Source of the DNA: a virus
Taxonomy: Duplodnaviria > Caudoviricetes
Direction: 5' to 3' (one strand)
IMG/VR virus record: IMGVR_UViG_3300007538_000117
Coordinates: 1-29,883 of that record
DNA length: 29,883 nt
The notes under the pieces were generated by a model. It did no database searches, was not told where the DNA came from, and saw nothing but the letters and a program-made list of their open reading frames with translations. Position 1 is the first letter of the stretch. Each line of letters starts with the position of its first letter. Below, one piece after another: positions 14,659-25,700 of this stretch. Made by a program: the position numbers and the translations under genes.

Positions 14659-16964
14659 TGGCCCTTCAAAGTGAGAATCAGTACCCTGCATTCAGGATTC
14701 CGTTCGCCGGGCTGAACACCCACATAAGTGAACTCTTTATACAGAGCCACGACAGCCCGGAGATGCTGAACGTAGACCTGGACCCGGTCGGGTCCATGCG
14801 CAAGAGGGATGGCCTCCAGAGGCTCCAGAATGCCCCGTACGGGTCAACGTCCATCGACATGGTGTCTGTCCTGTATCGCCCGTCTGAGAGCTTAGGCTTC
14901 CTGTACGTGGCCTCTCAGGGCCACATGAGCGCCCTGGACATCGGGTCCATCGGCGGGTCGTGGTCGCTCATTCACGCACCGGCAGAAAACCTGTCTCAGC
15001 CGTGCTCCACCACGGCGGCCTTTGCCGTTGAATCCGGCCCGTACACGGGCGGCGAGCCGACATCGGTCGAAAACAAGGGCGAATGCCTCTACGTTTGCGA
15101 CGGAAGCAGTGAACCGTTCATTCTTGGCGGGGGCATGTCGGCCAGTTCCGTGTCCCAGACGAACGAGCAGATTGAGGTCAGTTCGGGCGCCGTTCTCGTG
15201 ACAATCACCGGGCATGGCTACGCCAACTACGACATCGTCACGCTCTCGGGGATCAGCTCAACGAGCGACTGGTATTCGTTTGAGAACAGGTCGTTCTTTG
15301 TCGAGGAGGTCACAGCCAACACGTTCTACCTGCTCGACGGTGACTTCACTAGGGTGGCTGGATCGGCTCAGGCCACTGAGACCACTGGTATCGGGTCATC
15401 CCTCCTGCTGGGCAATGACGACCATGTCCGCCGGTGGCCGCTCGGGGTGTACGACGCCACCAACCCCAGGCGCGGGTATCCCAGGCGCTGGGCCGACCCG
15501 GACGAGACATGGACCACTGAGGATTTCCCCCCAGGCCCCACTGATTGGCCCAGCGCTACGACTTACGTTGGCACCGGGCTTGGGGCCAGGATGTTCGCCT
15601 ACGGGTTCTCAAGGGACCCCAGCCGCGTCGACTACTCGGAGCTCGGGGTTCCGTACAACTTCCTGCACAGCAACACGCAGTTTGCCGATGAGGCGGCCGC
15701 ATCGCTTGAGGCTTCTCCTGCCATTGACGGTGGATACTTCTACTGCATGGCTGGTGACGGAGACCGCGTCGTAGCGGTCCGCGACCTCATGGGATATGTC
15801 GTCGTGTTTAAGACCAAGCGCACCGTGCTCTATCAGGGCGAGCTCGGGGAGTACTTCCGGGTTGCTCAGGAGTACCCGGTCGGCGCCCTGTCGAACGATA
15901 GCGTGGTCAAGGTCGGCAACGACATCTACTTCTGGAGCTACGACGGGCCCAGAAAGCTGTCGACCACGGCGGCCGGGGCTGACCTCATTGATGTCTCGGT
16001 GTCTGCTGATGTCATTGAGGTCTCGCGCGGACTGACCACCGGGCAGGGCGGAAAGGTCATCGCCAGACACGAGCGCCTCAACCAGCGCATCATCTGGCAC
16101 TTCCCCGACGAGAGCACCAGAAACGATGCCTGCCTCGTCTACTACTACCCCTCAAGGCTGGATCAGGACGGGCGCTGGTCAAACTGGGGTGGCAAATACG
16201 CTGAGATGTCTCAAGCTGTAGCGTTCGAGAACCCTGAGAGCGGCAGTTCTTACACGTTCGGCGGCTCAAACAGCGAGCGCCTCGTTTACATCATGAACAC
16301 CGGGTCGTACGACGACTACGACGAAGTGTCTCAGGCCACTGAGCAGATTGAGGTCAGCGATAGCGCAATGCTCATCACGGTCTCAGGGCACGGCCTCAGC
16401 ACCGGAGACTCGTTCACGATGAACGGGATAGACTCAGGTAGCGACTGGTTCTCACACGACGGCAACACGTATTACGCTGAGGTCGTCGACGATGACACGT
16501 TCTACGCCAGGGACGCTCTCAGCGTGAGGGTGGCCGCATCCACTGAGGCCACTGAGACCACCGGGATAGGCACCATCGACACCGAGGAGCCTACTGTCAT
16601 CGAGATGCTGTACCGCACTCGCTGGTACGACGCTGGTGAGGTCCACAACTACAAGCGTGGTCTCGACCTCATGGTGATCTACAGCGAAGAGGGAAGCGCC
16701 GAGGTTGAGATCGAGATCACTTACGATTACGATTCCACCGGCGAGGGCGTGTCGTATGTGCTGGTGCCGATGTCTGGAACCAGCGGTCGCTGGAACTTCG
16801 GGTTCTGGAATGACGGCACGTGGAACATGTCAGGTCGGTCGATGGTCACCTACGAGGCGGGCGGCCTTGGAAAGATTTTCAGCCTCACGATAACCGACTC
16901 CTCGCGTTACCACTGCGGTATCGCCGGAATGGTCCTTGGCCTGAGCAGAAAAGGTACGAGATGA
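14658..16964 (+). CDS. Tail nozzle / tubular protein B (P22 gp10 / T7 gp12-like) with two inserted repeat domains
   Basis: FAGLNT...EMLNVDLDPVGSMRKRDG N-terminus, beta-propeller-like segments (VVVFKT, VGALSNDSV, IYFWSYDG), position after adaptor. Confidence 0.85.
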   Translation: MALQSENQYPAFRIPFAGLNTHISELFIQSHDSPEMLNVDLDPVGSMRKRDGLQRLQNAPYGSTSIDMVSVLYRPSESLGFLYVASQGHMSALDIGSIGGSWSLIHAPAENLSQPCSTTAAFAVESGPYTGGEPTSVENKGECLYVCDGSSEPFILGGGMSASSVSQTNEQIEVSSGAVLVTITGHGYANYDIVTLSGISSTSDWYSFENRSFFVEEVTANTFYLLDGDFTRVAGSAQATETTGIGSSLLLGNDDHVRRWPLGVYDATNPRRGYPRRWADPDETWTTEDFPPGPTDWPSATTYVGTGLGARMFAYGFSRDPSRVDYSELGVPYNFLHSNTQFADEAAASLEASPAIDGGYFYCMAGDGDRVVAVRDLMGYVVVFKTKRTVLYQGELGEYFRVAQEYPVGALSNDSVVKVGNDIYFWSYDGPRKLSTTAAGADLIDVSVSADVIEVSRGLTTGQGGKVIARHERLNQRIIWHFPDESTRNDACLVYYYPSRLDQDGRWSNWGGKYAEMSQAVAFENPESGSSYTFGGSNSERLVYIMNTGSYDDYDEVSQATEQIEVSDSAMLITVSGHGLSTGDSFTMNGIDSGSDWFSHDGNTYYAEVVDDDTFYARDALSVRVAASTEATETTGIGTIDTEEPTVIEMLYRTRWYDAGEVHNYKRGLDLMVIYSEEGSAEVEIEITYDYDSTGEGVSYVLVPMSGTSGRWNFGFWNDGTWNMSGRSMVTYEAGGLGKIFSLTITDSSRYHCGIAGMVLGLSRKGTR
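15150..15394 (+). repeat. Copy 1 of ~82-aa internal domain repeat in nozzle
   Basis: VSQTNEQIEVS..VTITGHGY..SDWYS..TFY..ATETTGIG; shares GAGCAGATTGAGGTCAG and AGGCCACTGAGACCAC with copy 2. Confidence 0.9.
16326..16572 (+). repeat. Copy 2 of ~82-aa internal domain repeat in nozzle
   Basis: VSQATEQIEVS..ITVSGHGL..SDWFS..TFY..ATETTGIG. Confidence 0.9.
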
Positions 16965-17464
16965 CTTGGATCGCTACAGAGAACACGAACCTGACGGCGG
17001 AGCAAATCTACGAGGTGTTAAAGCACCACAGGCTTCTGCCCGAGTCGATAGATACCGTGGTCTGTATATGCAATGGCATGGCGTACCAGGGGAGGCACTT
17101 TGTCGTGACGGAGGGAGATGGTCAGGAGGTGGCGAATATCTTTGTCAGCGATGTCCAAGAGGGCGAGACTGCGAGCTTAGATTTTATTCCGGTACCGAAG
17201 TACTTCCGGAGTGGCTTCGACGAAGACCTTCGCGGTGCGGTGATGCCCGTCTTGACTGGCATTTTTCGTGGATCAGGAGTGAGGAGATTGAACTCTTTGG
17301 TCCCCAGTTCGAGGTCGAAGACAAAGAGGGCGCTCTGCTCGTTGGGATTCGTCGTTGAGGGCCGGATGCGTGATGCCGTTCGCTTCCACGGGAAAGAGCC
17401 TGAGGACATACGCGTTCTTGGCATGTTGAGCGATGACCTTGATCGCTCTATCAGGGAAGGTTAG
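16961..17464 (+). CDS. GNAT-family (RimJ/RimL-like) acetyltransferase (167 aa, start MTWIAT)
   Basis: ATGA coupling to nozzle; LGFVVEGRMRDA...DIRVLGML motif; occupies the T7 gp13-equivalent position. Confidence 0.8.
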   Translation: MTWIATENTNLTAEQIYEVLKHHRLLPESIDTVVCICNGMAYQGRHFVVTEGDGQEVANIFVSDVQEGETASLDFIPVPKYFRSGFDEDLRGAVMPVLTGIFRGSGVRRLNSLVPSSRSKTKRALCSLGFVVEGRMRDAVRFHGKEPEDIRVLGMLSDDLDRSIREG

Positions 17465-17466
17465 AG

Positions 17467-18126
17467 ATGGGATTCTTCGATTCTATTTTAGGCGGAGCCG
17501 CAGGGTTCGCCTCTGGCGGCCAGCTCGGTGCGGCCGTCGGGATCGCTGGCGGGCTGTTTGGCGGAGACCGTGAGACCGTGGCGAGGTTCAAGTCGCTCTC
17601 ACCAGCACAGCGCCAGATCATCGAGCAGATCGGCAGACAGATGCCCGGCCTGCTGGAGCAGATGACTCCGGACGCCTTTGAGAGTCTGGTCGGACAGCTC
17701 GGCGACAAGTTCACTGAGCTCGGCAGGCAGGATGTCAAGACGGCTTTCGCCAAGCAGAAGGGCTCAGCGATGTCCGCCCTGTCGCGCACCGGCACCGGGG
17801 TCAGCTCCGTCCGCACCTCTCAGTTGGGCCAGCTCGGGGCCATGGAGGGTCAGGAGCTGAGCAGGGCCACGATCATGGGCCAGCAGGCGGCAGAGAGCAT
17901 TGCTGGCGCCCGCATGGGCGCCTACTCCCAGATGGCGGGACAGATGAGCGGCATCATGTCAAACATCTACGGTAGCCGCAGGCAGGTCGGACAGTCCACC
18001 CCTGGCCAGTTCAGGGACAGCCTCTTCGGTGAGATCGGCGGTGCCCTCGTTGACCAGCAGTCGTGGATCAACCAGAACGACCGTCTCAAGGGTGTCAACG
18101 ACTGGCTTACCGGCTTGGTTACATGA
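17467..18126 (+). CDS. Ejection/pilot (internal virion) protein 1
   Basis: Gly/Ala-rich hydrophobic N-terminus (ILGGAAGFASGG..AGGLFGG), Gln-rich body, position. Confidence 0.75.
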   Translation: MGFFDSILGGAAGFASGGQLGAAVGIAGGLFGGDRETVARFKSLSPAQRQIIEQIGRQMPGLLEQMTPDAFESLVGQLGDKFTELGRQDVKTAFAKQKGSAMSALSRTGTGVSSVRTSQLGQLGAMEGQELSRATIMGQQAAESIAGARMGAYSQMAGQMSGIMSNIYGSRRQVGQSTPGQFRDSLFGEIGGALVDQQSWINQNDRLKGVNDWLTGLVT

Positions 18127-18138
18127 TAGGAGAGAACG

Positions 18139-19731
18139 ATGGGCATCTTTGGTGGCGGCATGGCCGAGGCTCGGGCGAGAAACGCCAAGTACGCCGAGCT
18201 CGCCAGACTAGCGCAGAAGGAAACGGTGCGCAGGGAAGAGTGGGAGTTCGGCGTCCGCGAGAAGGCGTATGCCGAAACCCAGAAGATCGAGAAAGACCTA
18301 GCCTCTGGCGCCATTACCACGGAGGACGCGGCGAAGGCCCACGAGACCCTTATAGGGACCTACGGCAAGTATGCCCCGCAGACCGTGCTCGACCAGCCGT
18401 ACGGTAACTACATCACGAAGCCCGAGGCTGTCGAGCTGGCCGAGCGGACCACTGTTGGCGTGACGGCGCGGGGGCCCAGCTTCCTAAACCCGCAGATGGC
18501 GTTCCAGGGAATGGCGGAACAGCAGGTCGCACAACAGGCCGCAGAGGAAGAGCGGACCGGTGCCGTTCTCAAGAAGGCCAGAGAGCTGTTCGGCACGGTG
18601 CAAAAGGGCGGAGCCACTGAGGCTGGAATGCAGGGCTATCGCGGCAACGACGCAATGAACCTCGACCGGTGGTACATGCAGATGGAGGGAAACATCGGCA
18701 CCATCATGCGTGAGGCCGCAGTGTCAGTGTACGGACAAGATGAGGCGAGAAGCGCCGCCATCGGCGACCTGCTTGGTGACGATGCCGTCGTCCAGAGAGC
18801 GAAAGAGCTTGCCGTAAACCAGAGCGAAAACTCTTTCGTCAAAGCCAAGCACATCAAGGAGTTGCAGGACGCCATCGACGCTCGCTCCGCGTCGTACAAG
18901 GCTGGCGTGAAGGAAGACATCGAGCGCATTGACGATCTTGTTACGGCGGGCAACAGGACCATGGCCGCGATCCTGGGCGTTGACGTCAGCCAGATGGGCG
19001 GGTTCATCGCCCAGCTAGACAAGAGCGAGAGAGCGTCTGTGGCTAACGTGATGGACTACACCGCCCAGTTGGCACAGAGGCCGGGCATGGACACCGCCAA
19101 GATGCAGTATCTGGTCTCGGGGCGCATGTCGTGGATGCTCGGTGAGGACGGGGTCATCGACTCCGACAAGTTCCTCACGCTAGTCGACAAGTACGGCGCC
19201 GCCGGACTGCCGGACCAGAAGGGTCTGCCCAAGACCGTGCTGGACTTCATGACGGACCCGGCCCTGCCAGCGGGCACCTGGGACCCCGTTGACAACCTCT
19301 TCACCATGTATACCGGAAGAGACTCCGATCCTGTGATACTCACCATCGAGGGCCTCAAGGAGATCATGGACGCACAGGCGCTCGAAGACGCAAAGGCGTC
19401 GATCTCAACCGAGACCGTTCCGTTCATGAACGGCCTGAAGGCGATACAGAAAGAGGTCGATGACGGCTACGCCCGTGAGATTTTCCCAGAAGGCGAGCCA
19501 GATTCCGGAGTCACCCCAGGCAAGCCAGATGCCGGAGTCACCATCAAGAAGGGCAAGACCAAGAACAAGTACTACCGGACCCCCGAGGGCGTTCTCGTCT
19601 ACACGCTCACGGCAGACGGGTGGAAGCAGACCAAGAGGTTCACCCGGAAAGAGTGGCTACGTACGCGCCTCAGAAAAGAGAAAGAGACCGAACCGCTGTC
19701 GTGGTTTGGTGTCGTACAGGGACTGCGTTAG
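18139..19731 (+). CDS. Ejection (internal virion) protein 2
   Basis: 530-aa helical protein between the pilot and giant ejection proteins; AGGAG SD. Confidence 0.7.
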   Translation: MGIFGGGMAEARARNAKYAELARLAQKETVRREEWEFGVREKAYAETQKIEKDLASGAITTEDAAKAHETLIGTYGKYAPQTVLDQPYGNYITKPEAVELAERTTVGVTARGPSFLNPQMAFQGMAEQQVAQQAAEEERTGAVLKKARELFGTVQKGGATEAGMQGYRGNDAMNLDRWYMQMEGNIGTIMREAAVSVYGQDEARSAAIGDLLGDDAVVQRAKELAVNQSENSFVKAKHIKELQDAIDARSASYKAGVKEDIERIDDLVTAGNRTMAAILGVDVSQMGGFIAQLDKSERASVANVMDYTAQLAQRPGMDTAKMQYLVSGRMSWMLGEDGVIDSDKFLTLVDKYGAAGLPDQKGLPKTVLDFMTDPALPAGTWDPVDNLFTMYTGRDSDPVILTIEGLKEIMDAQALEDAKASISTETVPFMNGLKAIQKEVDDGYAREIFPEGEPDSGVTPGKPDAGVTIKKGKTKNKYYRTPEGVLVYTLTADGWKQTKRFTRKEWLRTRLRKEKETEPLSWFGVVQGLR

Positions 19732-19743
19732 ACAGGAGACATC

Positions 19744-22700
19744 GTGCCGTTCGATATCACAGACTACGCAAAAAAAGACGATGTGTACCCCACCGGCAAA
19801 GGCGGGTACGGGTCTGAGCCGCCGCCGGTAAAGGTGCGCGACTACACCGGAATGACCGTTCCCGACAAATACGCCAAGGTATGGGAGCGGAGTGGCGATT
19901 ACATCACCAGAGCCGCAAACAAGGCTCAGGTCGACCCGGCGATTATTCTCAGCTTGGTTGTTCCGGAGTCAGGCGGTGACCCGACGGCCGTGTCCATGCA
20001 GGAGACTAAGTTCGGCAACGCCTACGGCGGCATGCAGGTCATGTGGCCAGCGGCAAAGGACATGGGCTACGATGTCAACAGCGACGCAGAGTGGCGCAAG
20101 ATGGTCATGGACAACCCTCAGGTCGGGTTCGACGCCGGGGCCAAGTACATTAAGTTGTTGCTGAACAGGTACAAGGGCAACCTGAGGTATGCGGTGGCCG
20201 CGTACCACGACGGCATGGGCACCATCGACGCCCAGATCAAGGCTGGTAACGGGATCACTCGCGGCAAGAACGGCGCGTGGCACGAGAAAAAGTTCTTTGA
20301 GACCTACTCAAACCTTCGTGGCACCCCGCACGATCTTGAATCTTTCTCTTTCCCGGTCTCGGATGGACTTGTACGGAGCTCGTCTGGCGTTCCGTACGTC
20401 GGAACACCCGGGGCAGACTTCAGGTGGCAGGCCGGGCAAAGCAGGGTACTACAGAAGCCTTCCGAAAAGGCTTTCGTTGAATGGAAGCTCGGCAGGTCAC
20501 TCAGACAGAAGGCAGAGCAAAAGCAGTACGGGCCCGGGTGGTACAAGAAGCTCGAAGATGAGTCGGGAATGCTGGGAGTCAGCGACACCGACTTCATCAA
20601 CAGGGCCGGTGAGAACGCAGAGCGTCTCAACGGAATTGGTGAATCCGGGTTCTCAGACTTCCTCGACGCTGTCGCACAGGGGGCCGTCAAGTCCTTTGTG
20701 CTTGGAGGGGTCTACCTCGGCGCCATTGGAAACAGGATGGGCCTTGGCCGTGGCCTGCTTGATGCTTCTCTCGGTGTTACGTCGTGGGCTGACGACTACT
20801 TCAAGGTCAATCAGGAGGGGTTCTGGACTGGCTTGGGCGGGGCCATCGGCTCTTCCCTGCCGCTGTTCCTCGGCGGAGCCCTCGGGGCCAACGCGGCTTC
20901 AATGATCGCCACCCGGTACGGAGCGCGCCTAGCGTCCGTGTTCGGGATGAGCTTGGCTGAGGGCGGAGCTGTCATCCCTGCGGCACAGCGTCTTGCAATC
21001 ATCGCTGGCAAGGCCGCAGACACCTCAAAGAAGTTCGGGCTGTCAACCAAGGGTATCGGCTTCGCCGCCGGTCAGGCTGTCCCCGAGGCTATCATTGAGG
21101 CCGGTTCCACATACGCCGAGGCCAAGAACAGGGGCTGGACTGACGAGGACGCCCTCGTCGCGGCCCACAAGACCCTCGGCGGGAACGTGCCCGCCGTTGC
21201 CATCATGGACTTCCCGTACGCCCTCTACGGCGGCAACTGGTTCGCAAGACTGCTCGGTGCGTCAATAACCGAAGGTCTGCAAGAGATCATCCAGGGGAAC
21301 ATCTCTGAGGCCGCACTTGAGGACAAGGACTGGAGCGGGGTGTTCGACCCGCGCGGCAAGGAGATGGAGTTCATCTACGGTGCCATCGTCGGCGGCATGC
21401 TCCACTCAATGAACCCGGCCGCGTACGAGCGCGAGCTCACTAAAGAAGAGCAGGAGCAGGTCGACACGTTCGTTGCCAAGCTCGACTCTCAGATGGATGA
21501 GGTGTCGAACCCGGTAAAGAAGGCTGAGGTCGGCGGGATTGATGTCAGGTCCGACATGGGCGTCGAGGCCGCAGAGCGGCGAGTGACCCTGGAGGAGTAT
21601 GCCGCAGGTGCCTCGGACGAGAAGCTGGAGAAGGATATCCAGGGCCGGGTTGACGAGATCGAGAACATGACCCGACAGATGGAGGGCCTCGATCCAGAGA
21701 CGCAAGGCAACGCCATCGAGTGGCTCAAGGGCCAGATACTCAAACAGCGTGATGCGCTCTCAACGCTCACCCACGAGCAACTGGTTCGTGAGGTCCAGCG
21801 GGGTGTCTTCGGCCGTAAGGGCGTCAGCAAGGCCCAGTCCGCAGAGGACCTACGCAACCTGATCCTCGACACTGCTAACCACGCCAGCAAGAAGGGCAGT
21901 ATCACAAAGAACGAGGCCCTGCACCTGATCCTGGCCACCGGTGCGCTACTCAGGGAGGATGCCGCCAGTTCAGATTTCCTGAACGAGCTGGAGTCCGTGT
22001 TCCCTGGCGTCAAGAAGCTCAGGGAGGCGTACGACGCGAAGAAAGCCCTTGAGGCCGCCCGATTGGCCGAGGAGGGCAAGACCTCGACCCCGGGCTCCGA
22101 GACTGATGTCGACGACCGCACCGACCCCAGGACCGGCAGAGAAGAGGACAGAGAGACCACGATACAAAGGTTGAAGCTGGACCTTGAGAACAATCGCCAC
22201 ATCGTTAGTAACCCTGATGACTACTCTGATGTTGCCGTTGAGGCCGCACAGCTTGACATTGAGCGCGACGAGGCGGCACTCGTGCGGCTTGGTGTCGACC
22301 CTAATGTCGCACCTGAGGAGACACCGGGGCCTGCCGCCGGAGCAGAGCCAGCCACCGGAGCGGGGCCAGCCACCGGAGCGGGGCCAGCCACCGGGAGTGC
22401 GCCGGTTCCCAAGGTCTTGCCTTCCACGCCGCTGTTGACTGGGGGGGCGCCCGCGCCGCTGTTGCCTGCGCCCGCCAAGAAGGAACCCGTAAAGAAAACG
22501 CTCTCAGCCAAGAAGAAGCCCGTAAAGAAAAAGCTCCCCGCCAAGAAGACGCTCGCAAAGAAAAAGACTGCGCCCGCCAAGAAGACGCTCGTAAAGAAAA
22601 AGCGCCCAAAGCGTCTGGGCTCTGTCGTCAACTGGCTCAATGGCGAGTGGGCGCGCATTGATGAGAGCCAGAAACATTCTCCCGCCGAGAAAAATAGGTT

Positions 22701-25700
22701 GAAGCAGGAGGCCATCAACGAGGTCCTGACTTCCGAGAATCCAGACGTACGCCACACGGTGGAGGAGTGGCTGAGGGACCATGTCGGCGTCGGAGTGTTT
22801 GATACCACCGGGCCTGCGGCCGAGGATGTTCAGGCGGCAAAGAAGTCCCTCAAAGCCAAGGCCAAGGCCAAGAAAAAAGAGAACGAGTACCAAACCGAGG
22901 GGAGACGCAGGAAGGCCCGTGCGCAGGAAAAGAAGACAGCGGAAGAACAGAAGAAGAGAGAGGCCGAGATCAGGGCCGAGAAGAAGGCCATCGAGGAAGA
23001 GAAGAGCAAGAAGAAGGCGCGCTTTGGCAAGGTCAAGGAGCCACGGGAGCCCGGTGAGTTCACCGAGCCGGTTGACCTTGGCGAGCCGCTTACCGATAAG
23101 GCTGGGCTGGAGCGGGCCCGGGCGGCCGAGGACGAGCTCAGCAAGTTACTGGAAGAAGAGAAGGAAAAGTTCTACGCTGGTGAGCGCGGAGAGCGCACCA
23201 AGCCGGGAATCAGGAGAAAGAGGAATGGATCGCTTGACTATAAGCTGGACCAGGGCGTCCGGCGCGGCCGCAAAAGCGCACTCACCCTCACCGACGAAAC
23301 GAGGTACCTGCCCGAGGGGTACGAGGAAATGCCGACATGGTCGCTTCGATGGACCGACCCTCAGGGCAACAAGCACGAGGAGCTGTTCAACTCAAAAAGC
23401 CGTGCCCTTGCGTTCCTCGAAGAGCTAGAGGGCGGCCTGTTGCCGACAAAGGCCCAGGCCCGAGCGAGGATATTCGCCATCGAGGACGCACTTGAGGATG
23501 TCAGAGGGCGCATCAGGTCGTACCTCAATAGGGCCAAACCTGTCGGCACGGTGTCAAGCAAAGAGGAAGCCCGCATCATCGGCATGGAGGAGGCCAGTGC
23601 GGCGGCCAGAGCCGAAGAAGGTGTGGAAGAGGGGGCTGTAGTCGAACAGGGGGCCCCAGTCGACCTGTATACCGGAGAGCAGATTGGCCAGCACGATGTC
23701 ACGGCCAGAAAGACCAGCGGCGTCAAGCTTGCCGACAATGAAGTGCTGATGTACGACCTGTCGACCGGCGGATACACCGTGGTTTCGCTGAGCTCCCTCG
23801 CCAAGTTCACCGAAGAAGAAGCCGATCTCATGAGCCCGGAAGAGGCGATTGAGATGATTACGCTCATGGGCTTGCAGGACGAAGAGGCCGGGCTGGTCCC
23901 TGGTCTGTCGAGGGCCGACATCGAGAGCGGGGCGTTCCCACCCAAGCGCATCAACAAGGACGGCACTCGCCAGTACAGCCTCGACATGATACTCCATGCC
24001 ATGGGCCGTGACTCGATACTCGGCCAGGAACTTACGGCGAGGCAGACCACTGAGCTCGTTGAGGCCAACCTCGACGAAGCCATCAGGCGGACGGAACTCG
24101 CCTACCAGAGACAGGTCGCCCTCTATCGCCAGAAGAAGCGCCGTATCGACTCCGATCTGCGCAACTCTGACCCGGCCATCAGGGACAGGGCGATGCGCGA
24201 CCTCAAGGAGATTGAGGCCAGGGGCAGGGAGATCGCTGAGTTCCGCAAGCAGTTGCAGAAGATCAAGGACCAGAAGCAAACCTCCCGCCAGTACCTGATG
24301 GGCAGGCTCAAGAGGCAGAAGGTCCTCATCGAGCGACACTCCAAGCTCATGAAGGAGCTCGATAAACTGCCCTCTGTTCCGGGTAGCGTCGAGCGTGCCG
24401 ACGCGATCTCAGCAGAGATCAACGCCATCAGGGACGAGCTCGCTCGCCTGACCAGCATCATTGAGGCGCTTAACGTGCCCAACGGCAAGCTCTACGACAT
24501 AAGCAGTATCTTCGGCATGTTGTTCGACATGAGGGCCCTCAAGCGAGCCTTCGGCGGGGTGTATTCCAAGAAGTGGAGAAAGAGCCTTGAGTACAGCCCG
24601 ATCCGGAACGCACCGTCGTCTCAGGCCATGTCTGACGAGCACAACGCCAAGGTCCAGGCTGGTCGGGGCAAATCGGCTGGCAGGTACCTGAACGAGGTCT
24701 ACACCGACTGGGTCGACGCAGACCACATGGCCAAGTACGTCATCGAGGAGCACGCAGGTGGTTCAGAGATCAGCCGAGCCCTGCTTGAGCGCGGACTGTC
24801 TCCGTACCACATCCTCAGGGGTTCGGTAAAGGGGTGGGCGGCGGCCTACAACTACTTCCTGCGCAACGGCGTGCGTGACCCCAAGACCGGCGAGCGTATC
24901 GACGGCAACATGGGCATCGAGGAGATTCTCAAGCACCACAAGATTTCTGGGAACCTCAGCAAGTTCTCACAGCTCAACCAGTACATGAAGGCCCGCAGGC
25001 TGTTGGGGCTTTATGACATGGACCCGAAGAGGTTCACGGGCTGGACCGCTGATGAGATGCAGGACCAGTTGAGGATGTGGCGTGGGGCTGTCGCCGAGGC
25101 CGACGCAGACATTATTGGGGCGGCAGACAAGATCAGCCAGTTCATGAACGCCACCATCAAGTTCTCCAACAAGAACGGAATCCACTCCGACGAGGAGGTC
25201 CTGAGGATCACCGAGAACCCCGGCGGGTTGGCCAGCCAGGGCGATGCGTTCTACGCCCCGCTGTACGAGGCGATGGACAAGGAGGTCACCATGGGTGGCG
25301 ACATCTCCAGGAACGCGATCTCAGGCACCAAGCCCCTCGGCACCATTGACCGCAACACTGCCATCATGGACCCGGTCGATGCGGCTATTAGGGTGTCCGC
25401 TCAGCGCATCAACGCGGCGTACATGAATAACGCCAAGCTCAGGATAGCTCAGGCACTGGACCTGCTTGGCATTGACGAGCTCGGCCACGAGATCGACCCG
25501 AGGAGCAGTGAGGGCAGGACCATCATAACCAACAGGGTCAAGGGTGCGCTCATCAAGTTCGGCATGTCCGAGACCGACGCCTCGCAGAAGATCGACGCCA
25601 TTCTCAGCAACTCGGCAACCGCCGACGACATCGGCGTTAAGATTTGGATCGACAGCGTTGACCTCGCTGACGACATGATCGCCTTCTTCGACGACGGCAA

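Noticed and set aside
16961-17464. GNAT acetyltransferase as a novel toxin or accessory gene
   Set aside because: A GNAT-fold gene between nozzle and ejection genes is a common podovirus arrangement.
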